This document shows positions 63,653 through 64,000 of a stretch of 64,000 nucleotides of DNA, piece after piece. The notes under the pieces are model-generated. The model did not search any database and had not been told where the DNA came from. It saw only the letters and a list, made by a program, of their open reading frames with translations. The stretch is taken from contig CM120640.1 of NCBI GenBank assembly GCA_051362555.1, forward strand, positions 59,932,788 through 59,996,787. Reading direction: 5' to 3'. The DNA comes from Lingula anatina (Eukaryota; Animalia; Brachiopoda). A program made the position numbers and the translations under genes. Every line of letters starts with the position of its first letter. Position 1 is the first letter of the stretch.

Positions 63653-64000
63653 CTAATAATCACAGGGATAAAGGGAAAAGCAAATTACATCATTGAACAG
63701 ATGTGCAAAGGGTTGGAAGCATTGATGTTTATGAGATATTGCGCCTTTTGGCAATCCTGCAAGATTGAAGGCTGGTCTACAAAAACTAACAGAGTAAATA
63801 GTTTATGTTTTATGTACGATCTGGCAACTGGACCTGCTACAAGCTAGATCAGAATATGAAAATAGATCTGAGAATTTAAAAAGAAAGATTTAATAGTAGA
63901 CTGAATGGTATATTATTAGGGCAGCAATGACAGCAGCAGATCTGAAAAAAATGACGTAGCTATAAGATATAGACTTCTTAATTTTATGCTCTATCTGAGG

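Overview
AT-rich, intron-rich animal genomic DNA. Gene content and repeat types suggest a lophotrochozoan, probably a mollusc (inference). Six protein-coding genes can be built by hand with GT-AG junctions and consistent phases: the 3' end of an LRRC41-like gene (+), an intronless c-Jun (-), a 27-exon MSH5 (+, 838 aa), a 13-exon MFSD14/HIAT1 (+, 491 aa), a 3-exon nanos (+), and the 3' part of a TMEM38/TRIC cation channel (-). Introns and intergenic DNA hold many non-autonomous transposons: TWA-TSD PIF/Harbinger-like MITEs (often nested), Tc1/mariner remnants, two Helentron/HINE-like elements (one carrying a 146-bp tandem array), and a candidate solo LTR with nested inserts. The best candidate for something new is a pair of tandem, homologous 88-nt exons in TMEM38 that look mutually exclusive; the intron between them is closed by a 19-nt long-range stem and contains a 12-bp hairpin. 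Other highlights: a jun promoter with the CCAAT-TGACATCA-MEF2-TATA order known from mammalian c-jun, overlapping poly(A) signals of two convergent genes, a Musashi/CPE-like motif cluster in the nanos 3' UTR, and gene content matching the human 1/6/9/19 paralogon. Gene identities come from recalled family motifs, not database searches.
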